This document shows, piece by piece, positions 1 through 20,860 of a stretch of DNA of 64,000 nucleotides. Both the position numbers and the translations under genes were made by a program. The notes below the pieces were generated by a model. The model made no database searches and had not been told where the DNA came from. It saw only the letters and a program-made list of their open reading frames with translations. Each line of letters starts with the position of its first letter. Position 1 is the stretch's first letter. The DNA comes from the human T2T-CHM13v2.0 reference genome, Homo sapiens, in the NCBI RefSeq assembly GCF_009914755.1, contig NC_060940.1; one strand, 5' to 3'.

Positions 1-118
1 AGCATGTACATGTGAGTATTAGATGCGAGTATGCATATGAGTAAGAATGCATATATGCGTGTATGATTTCTTCCTAGAAACATGCTGGGCTAATGTTAAC
101 AACAAGAACAGAGGCGTA

Positions 119-1718
<1,600 letters not shown>

Positions 1719-1926
1719 TTATGATCAATTGTTATGAAAAGCAGCCACTGCTTCCCATGACAGATGGGCCAGGGTCCCATTTGTGGCTGAGTGGCTGCGC
1801 AGGGGTGACCCTTTTCCCCTCTCTTTCCAGGTGCCTTGGTCCCATTTGTGGCTGAGTGGCTGAGCCAGGGTCCCATTTGTGGCTGGGTGACTGAGCAGAG
1901 GTGACCCTTTTCCCTTCTCTTCCCAG

Positions 1927-2128
1927 GTGCCTTGCACACCAAGAGGCCTCAAGTGGTCACCAAATATGGAACCCTGCAAGGAAAACAGATGCATGTGGGG
2001 AAGACACCCATCCAAGTCTTTTTAGGAGTCCCCTTCTCCAGACCTCCTCTAGGTATCCTCAGGTTTGCACCTCCAGAACCCCCGGAGCCCTGGAAAGGAA
2101 TCAGAGATGCTACCACCTACCCGCCTGG
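1927..2128 (+). CDS. CES4A: Carboxylesterase 4A, coding exon 2 (first exon in window): (G)[20 protein letters not shown]...[36 protein letters not shown](G)
   Basis: Acceptor ...cttcccag|1927 and donor 2129 GTAAGA; type-B carboxylesterase N-terminal motif FLGVPF-x-PP-x-G-x-LRF-x-PP; 202 nt. Confidence 0.96.
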
Positions 2129-2330
2129 GTAAGAGTCAGAGGCCTGTCCACTGGGAGGGGGCAATGGGCCTATGCCTGCATCTGGGTGGGGCTTTGCACA
2201 GCTCACTGAGAAGAACTCACTGTGTGATCACAGGCAGGCCTGGGGCCCATTCTGGGCCTCAGTTTTCAGACCCGTATCATGAGCAAACTGGTCCTGATGG
2301 TGTTTACATCACTGACAATGCTGCTGTTGG

Positions 2331-6100
<3,770 letters not shown>

Positions 6101-6930
6101 TAAGTGGACAGGATGTCGGGAGGCACAGAAGAGGAAGTGACCAGGAGAGGAGACACCACTTAAGCTGGGCCTTAAACACGAATAGGAGTTTGCTGGGCAG
6201 GGCAGAAGGCATTTGCTTGAGAGGACTGAGGCCCACGGGCTTGGAGGTGGGAGGCAAGGGGCCACATGTATCTACAGCAAAGGGTGGCTGGGACAGAGAT
6301 GACTGGATGGAAAGGAGGGCCTGGGTACTCCGCGTATCTTAACTTTATCCTGAGGGCAGTGGAGAGCCAGGGAAGATTTTTGTTGATTTGTTTGTTTTTA
6401 TTGATATATCATAGTTGTACATATTAGGGAAGATATGAAGAAGAGGAGTGACATAGTCCGCCAGAGTGTGGCCGAGGAGTAGGAGGAGTGTGAAGAGGCT
6501 GGGGTACTGTCCAGACCAGAGACGGTGGTGGCCTTGACATCTCCCCAGAGATGGGGATGGAGGGGAGGGACCATATTCCAGAGCTGTTTGGGAGGCAGAA
6601 GGGAGACTGAGGGGAGGGTGGGGCATGAAAGACAGGGAGGTGCCCAGGGCAGGCAGGTTCCTGCCTTGACAGCACCAACAGGAGCAGGAATCTCTCCACG
6701 GACTGAGGCGCCGGGCAGGGAGGGGATGGTTCCTGAGAGGCCAACCTGCCTCCCAGTCCTGGGCCCCGGGGCTGGCGGAGGCCTCCTGTACACGCACACG
6801 CACGCACATGCGCACGCACACGCACGCGCACAGACGCTGCCTGGATTTTGCTTTGGGTTCCGTCTTCTCACTGCGGACCCTGGATTGAAACGATCTCCCC
6901 GCGGCCGCCGCCGCTACCTGGTGCCCGCAG

Positions 6931-7072
6931 GTGCCTGCAGGAGTCCTGGGGCCAGCTGGCCTCGATGTACGTCAGCACGCGGGAACGGTACAAGTGGCTG
7001 CGCTTCAGCGAGGACTGTCTGTACCTGAACGTGTACGCGCCGGCGCGCGCGCCCGGGGATCCCCAGCTGCCA
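6931..7072 (+). CDS. CES4A: CES4A exon 3: [13 protein letters not shown]...[23 protein letters not shown]
   Basis: cgcag|6931, donor GTGAGT at 7073; SEDCLYLN signature; phase matches exon 2. Confidence 0.96.
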
Positions 7073-7149
7073 GTGAGTGCCAGGTCTCCCGCGCCCGCGG
7101 TCCCACCGCCGCCCACCGCCCCGCTCAGATCCCGGCCTTCTTCGTCCAG

Positions 7150-7937
<788 letters not shown>

Positions 7938-8477
7938 TAGCACTGATGAGAAAACTGAGCCCCAGGAAGGGTAGTGCTGAGGCTTGGGGTAATCAGTGAA
8001 TCCAGGTGCTACCCAGCACCTTCTGCCTCTCCACATTCCCCCAGAACTCTATCCCCTGAACAGAGCCCACCATCTGCCCCCTGGGCAAGGCTAGGACCTC
8101 ACACCAGGCCTGCAAGCCAGGGGCATGAGTTGACGGGCTTTGCCCCTGACTCCTGTGTGACTGCTGACCTGGGATGTGCCTGGAATGTGGGTGTACTGTA
8201 AGGTGCCCTGTGAGGGGCATATGGCTGGGAAGTGAACACATCACACAGGACATTGCTGGCCACAGTCATAATAATACTCAACAGCTGAGCACTTCCTGTG
8301 TGCCAGGCATTCTTCTAAGCACCTTATGTGTCGTCATCCATGTAATTCCTTCAATAGTCCAAAAAGAAAAGTACTGTTGTCTCCATTCTACAGATAAAGA
8401 AACGAAGGCCCAGAGAATTAAGCAACTTTATCCAAAATTCACTAAAAAGCAGAGGAAAAAAAAATTTTTTTTTTTGA

Positions 8478-8603
<126 letters not shown>

Positions 8604-9362
8604 TGATCAGATGTGCATTTAGAGAGATGGCTCAGCCTGCTGCATGGGACTGGGTTGGCAAGAAACAGGAGCAGAGACTCGGAGAGCTACTGGGAGGGGC
8701 AGGGATGGGGATAGGATATATCCTAGGAGAGATCATGGGGCTGGCTCTAAAGCAGGGGCAGGAAAGATGGAGAGCAGAGGATGGCTCAGAGTGATCCAGG
8801 AGGCCAAATGGGCAGGACTAGGGCAGCTGGGGTGTGGTCATTAGCAGAGATAGGGAAGGCCCCTGGGGCTGGGGGATGGTATGGGGTAAGGAATGCCACC
8901 CAGACAGGGATTGGCTGGAGCAGGTTTGGGGCATATGAAGTCTGAGGTATCCAAGGGACAGGATGGGAGGCCCTAGATGTACTTGTTCCCCCAACTTGGG
9001 CAGTGGAGAGAGGCTAACAGCTGTCAGCACAGGTAACAACCTGGGGAAACCATGAGGTCCCTTCCACCTACCCCTCATTTCTAGCCCTAAAGTAGAGGGA
9101 GACCACTTTTCCACACCAGCAGATTCCCTCCCCCAATCTCACATCCCCTCTGGAACCCACTGGGGCCCACTGTACAGACCAGAGGCAGGAATACCACTGG
9201 CTTTAGGTCTAGGACATCACCCCAGGACTCCTGACTCCCTCCCAGCTACTTGCCCTTCCTGGCTTCACTCAGGCTGCCTGCCCATGGCCAGACAGATGCC
9301 CAGAACAGCCCAGGTGTCTCTACTTGGGCATCTCACGGGTGTATTCCTCCCTGTTCTTGCAG

Positions 9363-9467
9363 ATGATGTCACCCCTAGCCTCGGGTCTCTTCCATCGGGC
9401 CATTTCCCAGAGTGGCACCGCGTTATTCAGACTTTTCATCACTAGTAACCCACTGAAAGTGGCCAAG
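9363..9467 (+). CDS. CES4A: CES4A exon 6: [35 protein letters not shown]
   Basis: ttgcag|9363, donor GTGAGT at 9468; [11 protein letters not shown] motif; 105 nt. Confidence 0.95.
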
Positions 9468-9548
9468 GTGAGTGCCTCTCCTTCCCCAGGGCTCAGCATG
9501 GAAGGGCAGGATGGAAGCACCACTGAGCATCCTTTCTTCTCTCTATAG

Positions 9549-9653
9549 AAGGTTGCCCACCTGGCTGGATGCAACCACAACAGCACACAGATCCTGGTAA
9601 ACTGCCTGAGGGCACTATCAGGGACCAAGGTGATGCGTGTGTCCAACAAGATG
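9549..9653 (+). CDS. CES4A: CES4A exon 7: [35 protein letters not shown]
   Basis: ctatag|9549, donor GTAGGT at 9654; conserved GC...CLR cysteine pair; 105 nt. Confidence 0.94.
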
Positions 9654-9807
9654 GTAGGTAGAACATTCCAGCTGCCTGACCTGGCTGCCTGAGGGCCATC
9701 CTCCTATCCTGGTACCCAGCCACCCCCAACTACTTCCCCAGGGACCCTGTCTCAAGAGCACACGAGGGAGACTTCCTTTAACTCTGATCCCTTCCTCTCC
9801 CCCATAG

Positions 9808-9846
9808 AGATTCCTCCAACTGAACTTCCAGAGAGACCCGGAAGAG
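9808..9846 (+). CDS. CES4A: CES4A exon 8 (39-nt small exon): RFLQLNFQRDPEE
   Basis: Long pyrimidine tract + catag|9808, donor GTAAAC at 9847; phase 0/0. Confidence 0.9.
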
Positions 9847-10376
9847 GTAAACAGGCCACATTCTGCAATTTGAGTATTTATTTAACACCTACTTTGTGCC
9901 AGGCACTTGGGATACTTAGGGAATTGTTCAGGCCAAGATCCCTTCCCTAGTGGAGCTGATGTTCCAGTGGGGAAGGAGAATAAACCCTATAAATAAATAT
10001 ATTATCCACCTCCTTAGAAGGTGATAGGTGAATAGCAAGGAATGGAGAGGGTAAAGGGGTTGGACATTTTGGGAGGTATGGACTTTTAAATAGAATGGCT
10101 AGAACAGGACTCAGTGAAGTGAAATTTAGCAAAGATTTTCAAGAGGTGAAGGAGTGAGCTATACAGATACCCGCGGCCATCCCAAGTCCACGTAATTTGG
10201 TCCTGCCTATCCTGCTCCCCTCCCACACCCATCCTCCTGGGGCTCACCATGCCAGCCCCAGCCTTTTCCCAATCAAAGAACCTAGGCTAGAGCAGCCTCT
10301 GAAGGGGCACCCAAGGTTGCAGGGACCCTGGGAGGATACTTGAGGAGACTGGCTGGAAATGCCCTTTGCCTTGTAG

Positions 10377-10517
10377 ATTATCTGGTCCATGAGCCCTGTG
10401 GTGGATGGTGTGGTGATCCCAGATGACCCTTTGGTGCTCCTGACCCAGGGGAAGGTTTCATCTGTGCCCTACCTTCTAGGTGTCAACAACCTGGAATTCA
10501 ATTGGCTCTTGCCTTAT
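10377..10517 (+). CDS. CES4A: CES4A exon 9: [18 protein letters not shown]...[18 protein letters not shown]; catalytic Glu
   Basis: ttgtag|10377, donor GTAAGT at 10518; G-x-N-x-x-E-F motif. Confidence 0.95.
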
Positions 10518-11085
10518 GTAAGTGAGTAGGAGTTCAATTGGCTCTTGCCTTACGTAAGTGAGTACCATAGTGGAGGCAGGGAAGGATGCCTCTTGGACGG
10601 TGCTGGGCACCAGGTCAGATGCCAGTAGCCCCTCTGTGGATGCCCTATGTTTGGGAGCCTCCTGTAGTCCCTGTACAGTGAAAACTGGCCATGAATGATG
10701 GAGGGGAAGAAGGGAGAAGTATGGCCTGCTGGAGATTTGAGGACCACAAATTCTCAGATCATAGTTTAGATGGGTTATGATGTTCATTCCCAAGCCTCTA
10801 GGCAACTGCAAATCCTGAAGCCCTCCCTTGCTCCTGGGTCAGGGTAGATGCCCCAACTCAGGATGGACCCCCACTCAGTACCACTTCAGCTCTGGCCCAG
10901 GTGGTAGTGATGAGCAGGATGGGAGCAGGGGGACAAGAGAGAGTCATGGGCCCTTCCTGGGCTGTGTGCTGTGTCTGATAACTCATCATTAGATGGGCAA
11001 GACCTTTGGGGCCTTTGTAGCTCTGGCCAGAATCCCTCCTAATGCTCAGGCCTGACCCACACTGGGGTCCTTGTCTTGTGAACAG

Positions 11086-11166
11086 ATCATGAAGTTCCCG
11101 CTAAACCGGCAGGCGATGAGAAAGGAAACCATCACTAAGATGCTCTGGAGTACCCGCACCCTGTTG
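11086..11166 (+). CDS. CES4A: CES4A exon 10: IMKFPLNRQAMRKETITKMLWSTRTLL
   Basis: aacag|11086, donor GTGAGG at 11167; 81 nt, phase 0/0. Confidence 0.88.
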
Positions 11167-11532
11167 GTGAGGGACCCAGCTGGCAGGGGTGCTCAGTTCG
11201 GACAGGGTTGACCCCCCTGTTTTTTTTAACCTAGTAGCTGCTCTTTGCAAAGGGGCTCCCAGCCAGGGTAAGGATCTTTCTTGGAGGGTCTGGGGTTTGC
11301 TGTGGGATCAGATGACTGCTTACAGGTAAGGTGCTCAGGGTCACAGGGGCAGTTATGCAGCAAAATCAGGGGTTACAATCAGCAGAGACAGAAACTTTCC
11401 CAGGAAGCTCCCTTTCTCCCCCTCCCAGGCCAAAAACTCCTGGGGGGCTGAGCATGGATCCAAGTCACTGGTGGGCCCACCTCTGGCCCAGCTGGCACCC
11501 AGGCCTCAGGTAAGTGTGGCCTCCTCACTCAG

Positions 11533-11686
11533 AATATCACCAAGGAGCAGGTACCACTTGTGGTGGAGGAGTACCTGGACAATGTCAATGAGCATGACTG
11601 GAAGATGCTACGAAACCGTATGATGGACATAGTTCAAGATGCCACTTTCGTGTATGCCACACTGCAGACTGCTCACTACCACCGAG
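11533..11686 (+). CDS. CES4A: CES4A exon 11: [16 protein letters not shown]...[20 protein letters not shown]
   Basis: ctcag|11533, donor GTATGC at 11687. Confidence 0.93.
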
Positions 11687-11857
11687 GTATGCAGGGTCCC
11701 CAAGAGTGGCCACACTGGCCCCGTCCACTCTCCAGGTGTGCTGTTTACCAACTGGGCTTATCGACTGCTCCCCTACCCTCTCTGTACTTCTGGGCTAGTA
11801 TAGGATTCTAAGATATCACAGAGGAGGCAGCATGCTATCAACTACAAGAGAGGAAGG

Positions 11858-12203
<346 letters not shown>

Positions 12204-12683
12204 TCAAACAGTCCAGAGGAGAAGCCTGGGGTGGTCAGGGAAGGCTTCCTGGCTGAGAGGACAGGCTTAGGGGCACCTTGAAAGTTCAGGCTGACTGGGG
12301 CTAGGGGAACATGTGGGTAACAGGTTAAAGGGGGGGGGGCTGGAAAATGCAGACACCAAAGACCCTTCAATATGAGGCCAAGAAAGGAAGGTTCAGAACA
12401 GGGAAAAGGAAGGCTTCCATGATCCTGGCCACAATCCTGTGAATTAGGTTTTAGTATTCTCAGTCTGAAGATAAGGAATTATTGATACAATTCAGAAAGG
12501 TAGAGCAACTTGCTTTAGGTCACACAGTGAATGAGTAGTGCAGACAGGATTCAAGTCTGCCCCCTTGATTCTGAAGCCAAAGCTCTTTTTCCTGCTTGGT
12601 GCAGGTGAGTGGGAGGCATGGGGTGGATGAGAAGCCTAGGCAGAGGCTTTTCCTGCATCCCTCCTCAGTTTCCCTATTCACAG

Positions 12684-12812
12684 ATGCCGGCCTCCCTGTC
12701 TACCTGTATGAATTTGAGCACCACGCTCGTGGAATAATCGTCAAACCCCGCACTGATGGGGCAGACCATGGGGATGAGATGTACTTCCTCTTTGGGGGCC
12801 CCTTCGCCACAG
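12684..12812 (+). CDS. CES4A: CES4A exon 12: [13 protein letters not shown]...[18 protein letters not shown]; catalytic His (CAT 12767-12769)
   Basis: cacag|12684, weak donor GTGCAA at 12813; ADHGDE motif. Confidence 0.94.
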
Positions 12813-13037
12813 GTGCAAAGGTCCCACCTGATACCCCAACTGGGTGTCCAGTCTCCCACCTCTGGATGCAGACCCACCCCTCCATTGGCTGGCCACAGGG
12901 AGCTCACCAGTTCCTAATCTGTTATGCTCTCCCAAATGAAAGTCTTCTGCTCCGGAAGCAGCAGAAGCAGCAGGAGTAGGGTGGGAGGTCAGTGTCCCCT
13001 GCTCTGTCCGAAATCCCACATCCCATTCTGCCCCCAG

Positions 13038-13110
13038 GCCTTTCCATGGGTAAGGAGAAGGCACTTAGCCTCCAGATGATGAAATACTGGGCCAACTTTG
13101 CCCGCACAGG
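13038..13110 (+). CDS. CES4A: CES4A exon 13: GLSMGKEKALSLQMMKYWANFARTG
   Basis: cccag|13038, donor GTGAGT at 13111; WANFARTG motif. Confidence 0.94.
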
Positions 13111-13589
13111 GTGAGTCTGCCCCCCAGCACATCTGGGCATTCTACCTGCCCAGTGCTGGACCTGAAGAAGCCAGCTGCTTCGGATATTTGCCCCAGCATG
13201 TCCTACAGGAACTGCCCAGTCGGCCCAAACAGGGTGCCCCTTCTTCTTCAGCTTTCCTCAGTCAGTCACCGGATCCTAAACGTCTCTAGAATGTGTCCTT
13301 CTTGATCCATGACCCACACTCTTCATTCACTCAAGCATTCCACAGTCATTCACCACTGCACTCTTTTGGGCCCAGCCCCAGTACTGGGAGCTGGAATTCA
13401 AGGATGTTGCAGACATGAGCCCCATCCTCCAGCAGCTCACCACATAAAATCAGGAAATTACAATCTGGTACGCTGAGAGCTGTACTGGGGGAGCACAAGG
13501 CACTTTGAGAGCATAGAGGAGGTGTCTGGCCCAGCCTAGGGGGCAGGTGACATGTAAAGAGAGCTTTGGCTAGCCTTGTGACTATTTTC

Positions 13590-14993
<1,404 letters not shown>

Positions 14994-15266
14994 CACACAC
15001 ACTCTGTTTTTACCTAACTCTTGACTTGTGCTTCCTCCAAAAGCCTTGGTCTTTTATATCTCTCAACCTGGCACATACTGTTTGCTCTGCCTGGAAGGCC
15101 CACCCCAATACACACTTTCCTACTCTTTATTAAAGTTCTAAGTATCATCTCCGTAAAGCCCTCTGGAACCCCAAGTCCCAAGGGCAAATTAAACGAGGGA
15201 AGGGTGAAAGAAAGAAGCAGGATGAAAAGGAACACAGGTAATCCTCTCTTTTTTATTTCTGGGCAG

Positions 15267-15435
15267 AAACCCCAATGATGGGAATCTGCCCTGCTGGCCA
15301 CGCTACAACAAGGATGAAAAGTACCTGCAGCTGGATTTTACCACAAGAGTGGGCATGAAGCTCAAGGAGAAGAAGATGGCTTTTTGGATGAGTCTGTACC
15401 AGTCTCAAAGACCTGAGAAGCAGAGGCAATTCTAA
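15267..15435 (+). CDS. CES4A: CES4A last coding exon 14: [22 protein letters not shown]...[10 protein letters not shown]
   Basis: ggcag|15267, TAA at 15433-15435; the 13 exons total 1628 nt in one continuous frame. Confidence 0.95.
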
Positions 15436-16007
15436 GGGTGGCTATGCAGGAAGGAGCCAAAGAGGGGTTTGCCCCCACCATCCAGGCCCTGGGGAGACTA
15501 GCCATGGACATACCTGGGGACAAGAGTTCTACCCACCCCAGTTTAGAACTGCAGGAGCTCCCTGCTGCCTCCAGGCCAAAGCTAGAGCTTTTGCCTGTTG
15601 TGTGGGACCTGCACTGCCCTTTCCAGCCTGACATCCCATGATGCCCCTCTACTTCACTGTTGACATCCAGTTAGGCCAGGCCCTGTCAACACCACACTGT
15701 GCTCAGCTCTCCAGCCTCAGGACAACCTCTTTTTTTCCCTTCTTCAAATCCTCCCACCCTTCAATGTCTCCTTGTGACTCCTTCTTATGGGAGGTCGACC
15801 CAGACTGCCACTGCCCCTGTCACTGCACCCAGCTTGGCATTTACCATCCATCCTGCTCAACCTTGTGCCTGTCTGTTCACATTGGCCTGGAGGCCTAGGG
15901 CAGGTTGTGACATGGAGCAAACTTTTGGTAGTTTGGGATCTTCTCTCCCACCCACACTTATCTCCCCCAGGGCCACTCCAAAGTCTATACACAGGGGTGG
16001 TCTCTTC

Positions 16008-16013
16008 AATAAA
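16008..16013 (+). terminator. CES4A: CES4A polyadenylation signal AATAAA (3'UTR about 590 nt)
   Basis: First AATAAA I found after the stop; GT-rich sequence follows downstream. Confidence 0.8.
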
Positions 16014-16377
16014 GAAGTGTTGATTAGACCTGAATTTCTCCACCTATAAAATGGGTGTGTGAAGTGAATGATGTCTCAATTTGAGCCCTGAGAGAAAGGA
16101 AGTATTGCTGCCTGTTCCTTAGTGGGCTGTGCCTGGATGCTACACTCAGTCAAAGGGTGCTACTGCAAAGTTGCCTGGGGTACAAAACACTTGCCTTTTG
16201 CCTTCATGGTCTCAAGTGCACCCCTCAGGACAGCCACACCCCACGCTCACTTGTCCATCAGTTTAGGTCTTAGTGCCACATCTAGATTCCTCTGGCCTCT
16301 CCTGCAGCCCGTGTGTATCCCAGCCTGTCCCACAGTTTTGTTTCGTTGTTTTGTGGGGTTTTTTTTTTTTTTTTTGA

Positions 16378-16617
<240 letters not shown>

Positions 16618-16659
16618 TGAAGTGCTGGAATTACAGGCATGAGCCACCATGCCTGGCCA

Positions 16660-17500
<841 letters not shown>

Positions 17501-18189
17501 ATAGTGTCCCACAGTATTTTTGTCCCAAACTAGTGTTGATTAGGCCCTTTATTCCCAGAGGTTCCTGAGTCTCTGGGGCAAATGGAAGCTGCACAGATCT
17601 GTGGGATGAGGCACATCTAATTCCCCATACCCCAGGATCTAACCCCCAAAGCAAAGGGATGGTGGAGGAGGGCGGAAGCCCCTCCCAAGCAAACATTAAT
17701 CCTCACAACAACTGTGGATCTTATTATCCCCATTTTACAGATGAAGAAACTGAGGCATTGAGACATTAAAAAGCCTTGCCCAAGGGCCTGAGCTGGTGGA
17801 GGCAGAGCAGGAGTTGGATCCAGGCCTGTCTGAGGCATCCTGCCACCTCCATCCAGACCTGGAGCAATCCCTGAGAAGGGTGGCTACCACCAGAGATGTG
17901 GCAGCTCTGGTCTCAGGAAGCATAGCCGGAGGATGTCCCAGGCAACCAAACAGCCATTCATCAGTAAGGAGCCAGAGTGAGGGCTGCTAGTTCAGCCCCC
18001 GGAAGGTGGTCCAGGGGCAGCCAGTGCAGAACTCAGCAGGAGCTCAGTTCCAACTGAGCCTGATTTCACTCCAGTGTCCACAAGGGACATCCTGACCTGG
18101 AGGTCCTCGGCTACTCACCCTGGGGCCTGCTGGCACAGCCCAGGAGCTAGCCCAGGCCTGCCTCTGATGGTTCCCCCTGATTTCTCCCC

Positions 18190-19539
<1,350 letters not shown>

Positions 19540-19989
19540 CCCCTCCTCATGCTTTCTCACATGGGTCTGTGGGGAGGGCAGCTGCCTCTAATGGCCACCT
19601 GCCCAGGGCCCTCCTCCCCCAACTGGAGGAAGTGCAGCTGAGCAGGAGCCAGGGCTTAGTCGGGTCCAAGCTGGCTGTGGCAGATGCGACAATCATAAAG
19701 GGCTCTGAGGAAACCCTAGGATCCTCCATAGGAATCCAAGCCTGGGAGAACCCCAGTGGGCAGCCTGAATGCTGGGTTGGCCCCTGCCTTCCACAGCCCC
19801 GGCTCCACACCCTCCCCATACACCCAGGAAGGTGTCCCTCTTCTCGTCAGCTCCTCCCTGGGTTACATTGCTGGATGACAGAGGCGGGAGGGCTACCTAC
19901 TACTGCCCCATCGTCCCACCTTGTCTTCCTGCCCCCACTCAGGTCCTCCCACGGCCACTTGGAGTCTCTCCTGAAGCTGCTGCCAGGCC

Positions 19990-20860
19990 CCATCCCGCGT
20001 GGATCGGTGCGCAGAACAGACTGGATCTTGGTGAAAGCCCGAGGACACTTCTGAGTCTTGCCCCAGCCGCCCTCCCCACCGCCGGGTTTCATCCACCCGC
20101 CCGCGCCACCGCGGGTACGAAAGAGTGCGGGCGCTAAGCTCATGCAGGCATAGTGCACACAGGAGCCCCCTGCCAGCCGGGCCGGGCCGGGCCGCCCACC
20201 TGGGGCTGAGCCTGGCTCCTGGCTCCGGATGCAGCGCCCCAGCTTCTCCCTCGCCACGCCCCCACCTTCCACCCGCGAAGCAGCAATTACCCGCCCAGGC
20301 GGCTGGGAAAGGGCCAATTAGCGCAGGAGACGCGGCCCCTCTGCGGGGCCCCTGCTGACCGCAGCCCACGCAGCGCTGCCTCCGCCGCGGGCCCCCAGCC
20401 TCCCGCCGCTCGCCCGCCTGCCACAGCCCTCCCTGCCGGGCCGACAGCGCTGGCTGCCTGGGAGTCCCGGGGGACGCGCCGTCCGGCCTCCCGCCAACTG
20501 CAGTCACGGATCCAGCCGCCTGGCGCCAGCCCAGAGCCGGGGCGGACGTGCGGGCGCCGGGAGCTGAATCTCGCCTCCGCTGGGTGGTGGGGGCTAGTGG
20601 GCTGCGCTCCACTGAGAGGGCTTCCGCGCCCCCGACAGCCTGCGCTTTGGCGCCCGCCAGCAGTCTCCAGGCGGGGGCGGCCCGGCCCAAGCCTTCTTGC
20701 CTTCTCATGGCCCTCCTTGCTTCTTCCGGCCCTCCAAGGCCCGGTTCTGGGCTGGCCGAGCTGGAGCAGTTCCCCACTGGTGGTTACGGCAGAGCCAGGC
20801 TTTGGAAACCCACGGCCGGTGCTGGATCGTGCCCCGCGACAGGCACGTAGGCAGGATACG
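19990..20860. promoter_or_regulatory. Intergenic (orphan) CpG island
   Basis: Non-repeat, very GC-rich, CpG-dense; no recognisable coding exon. Confidence 0.8.

Noticed and set aside
1-70. TG/AT-rich alternating stretch at the window start
   Set aside because: Truncated low-complexity sequence; nothing supportable
19893-20777. 294-aa minus-strand ORF with a myristoylation-like MGNCSS start
   Set aside because: The start codon is GTG, not ATG; composition is low-complexity Ala/Gly/Arg/Pro from GC-rich DNA, and other frames are also open
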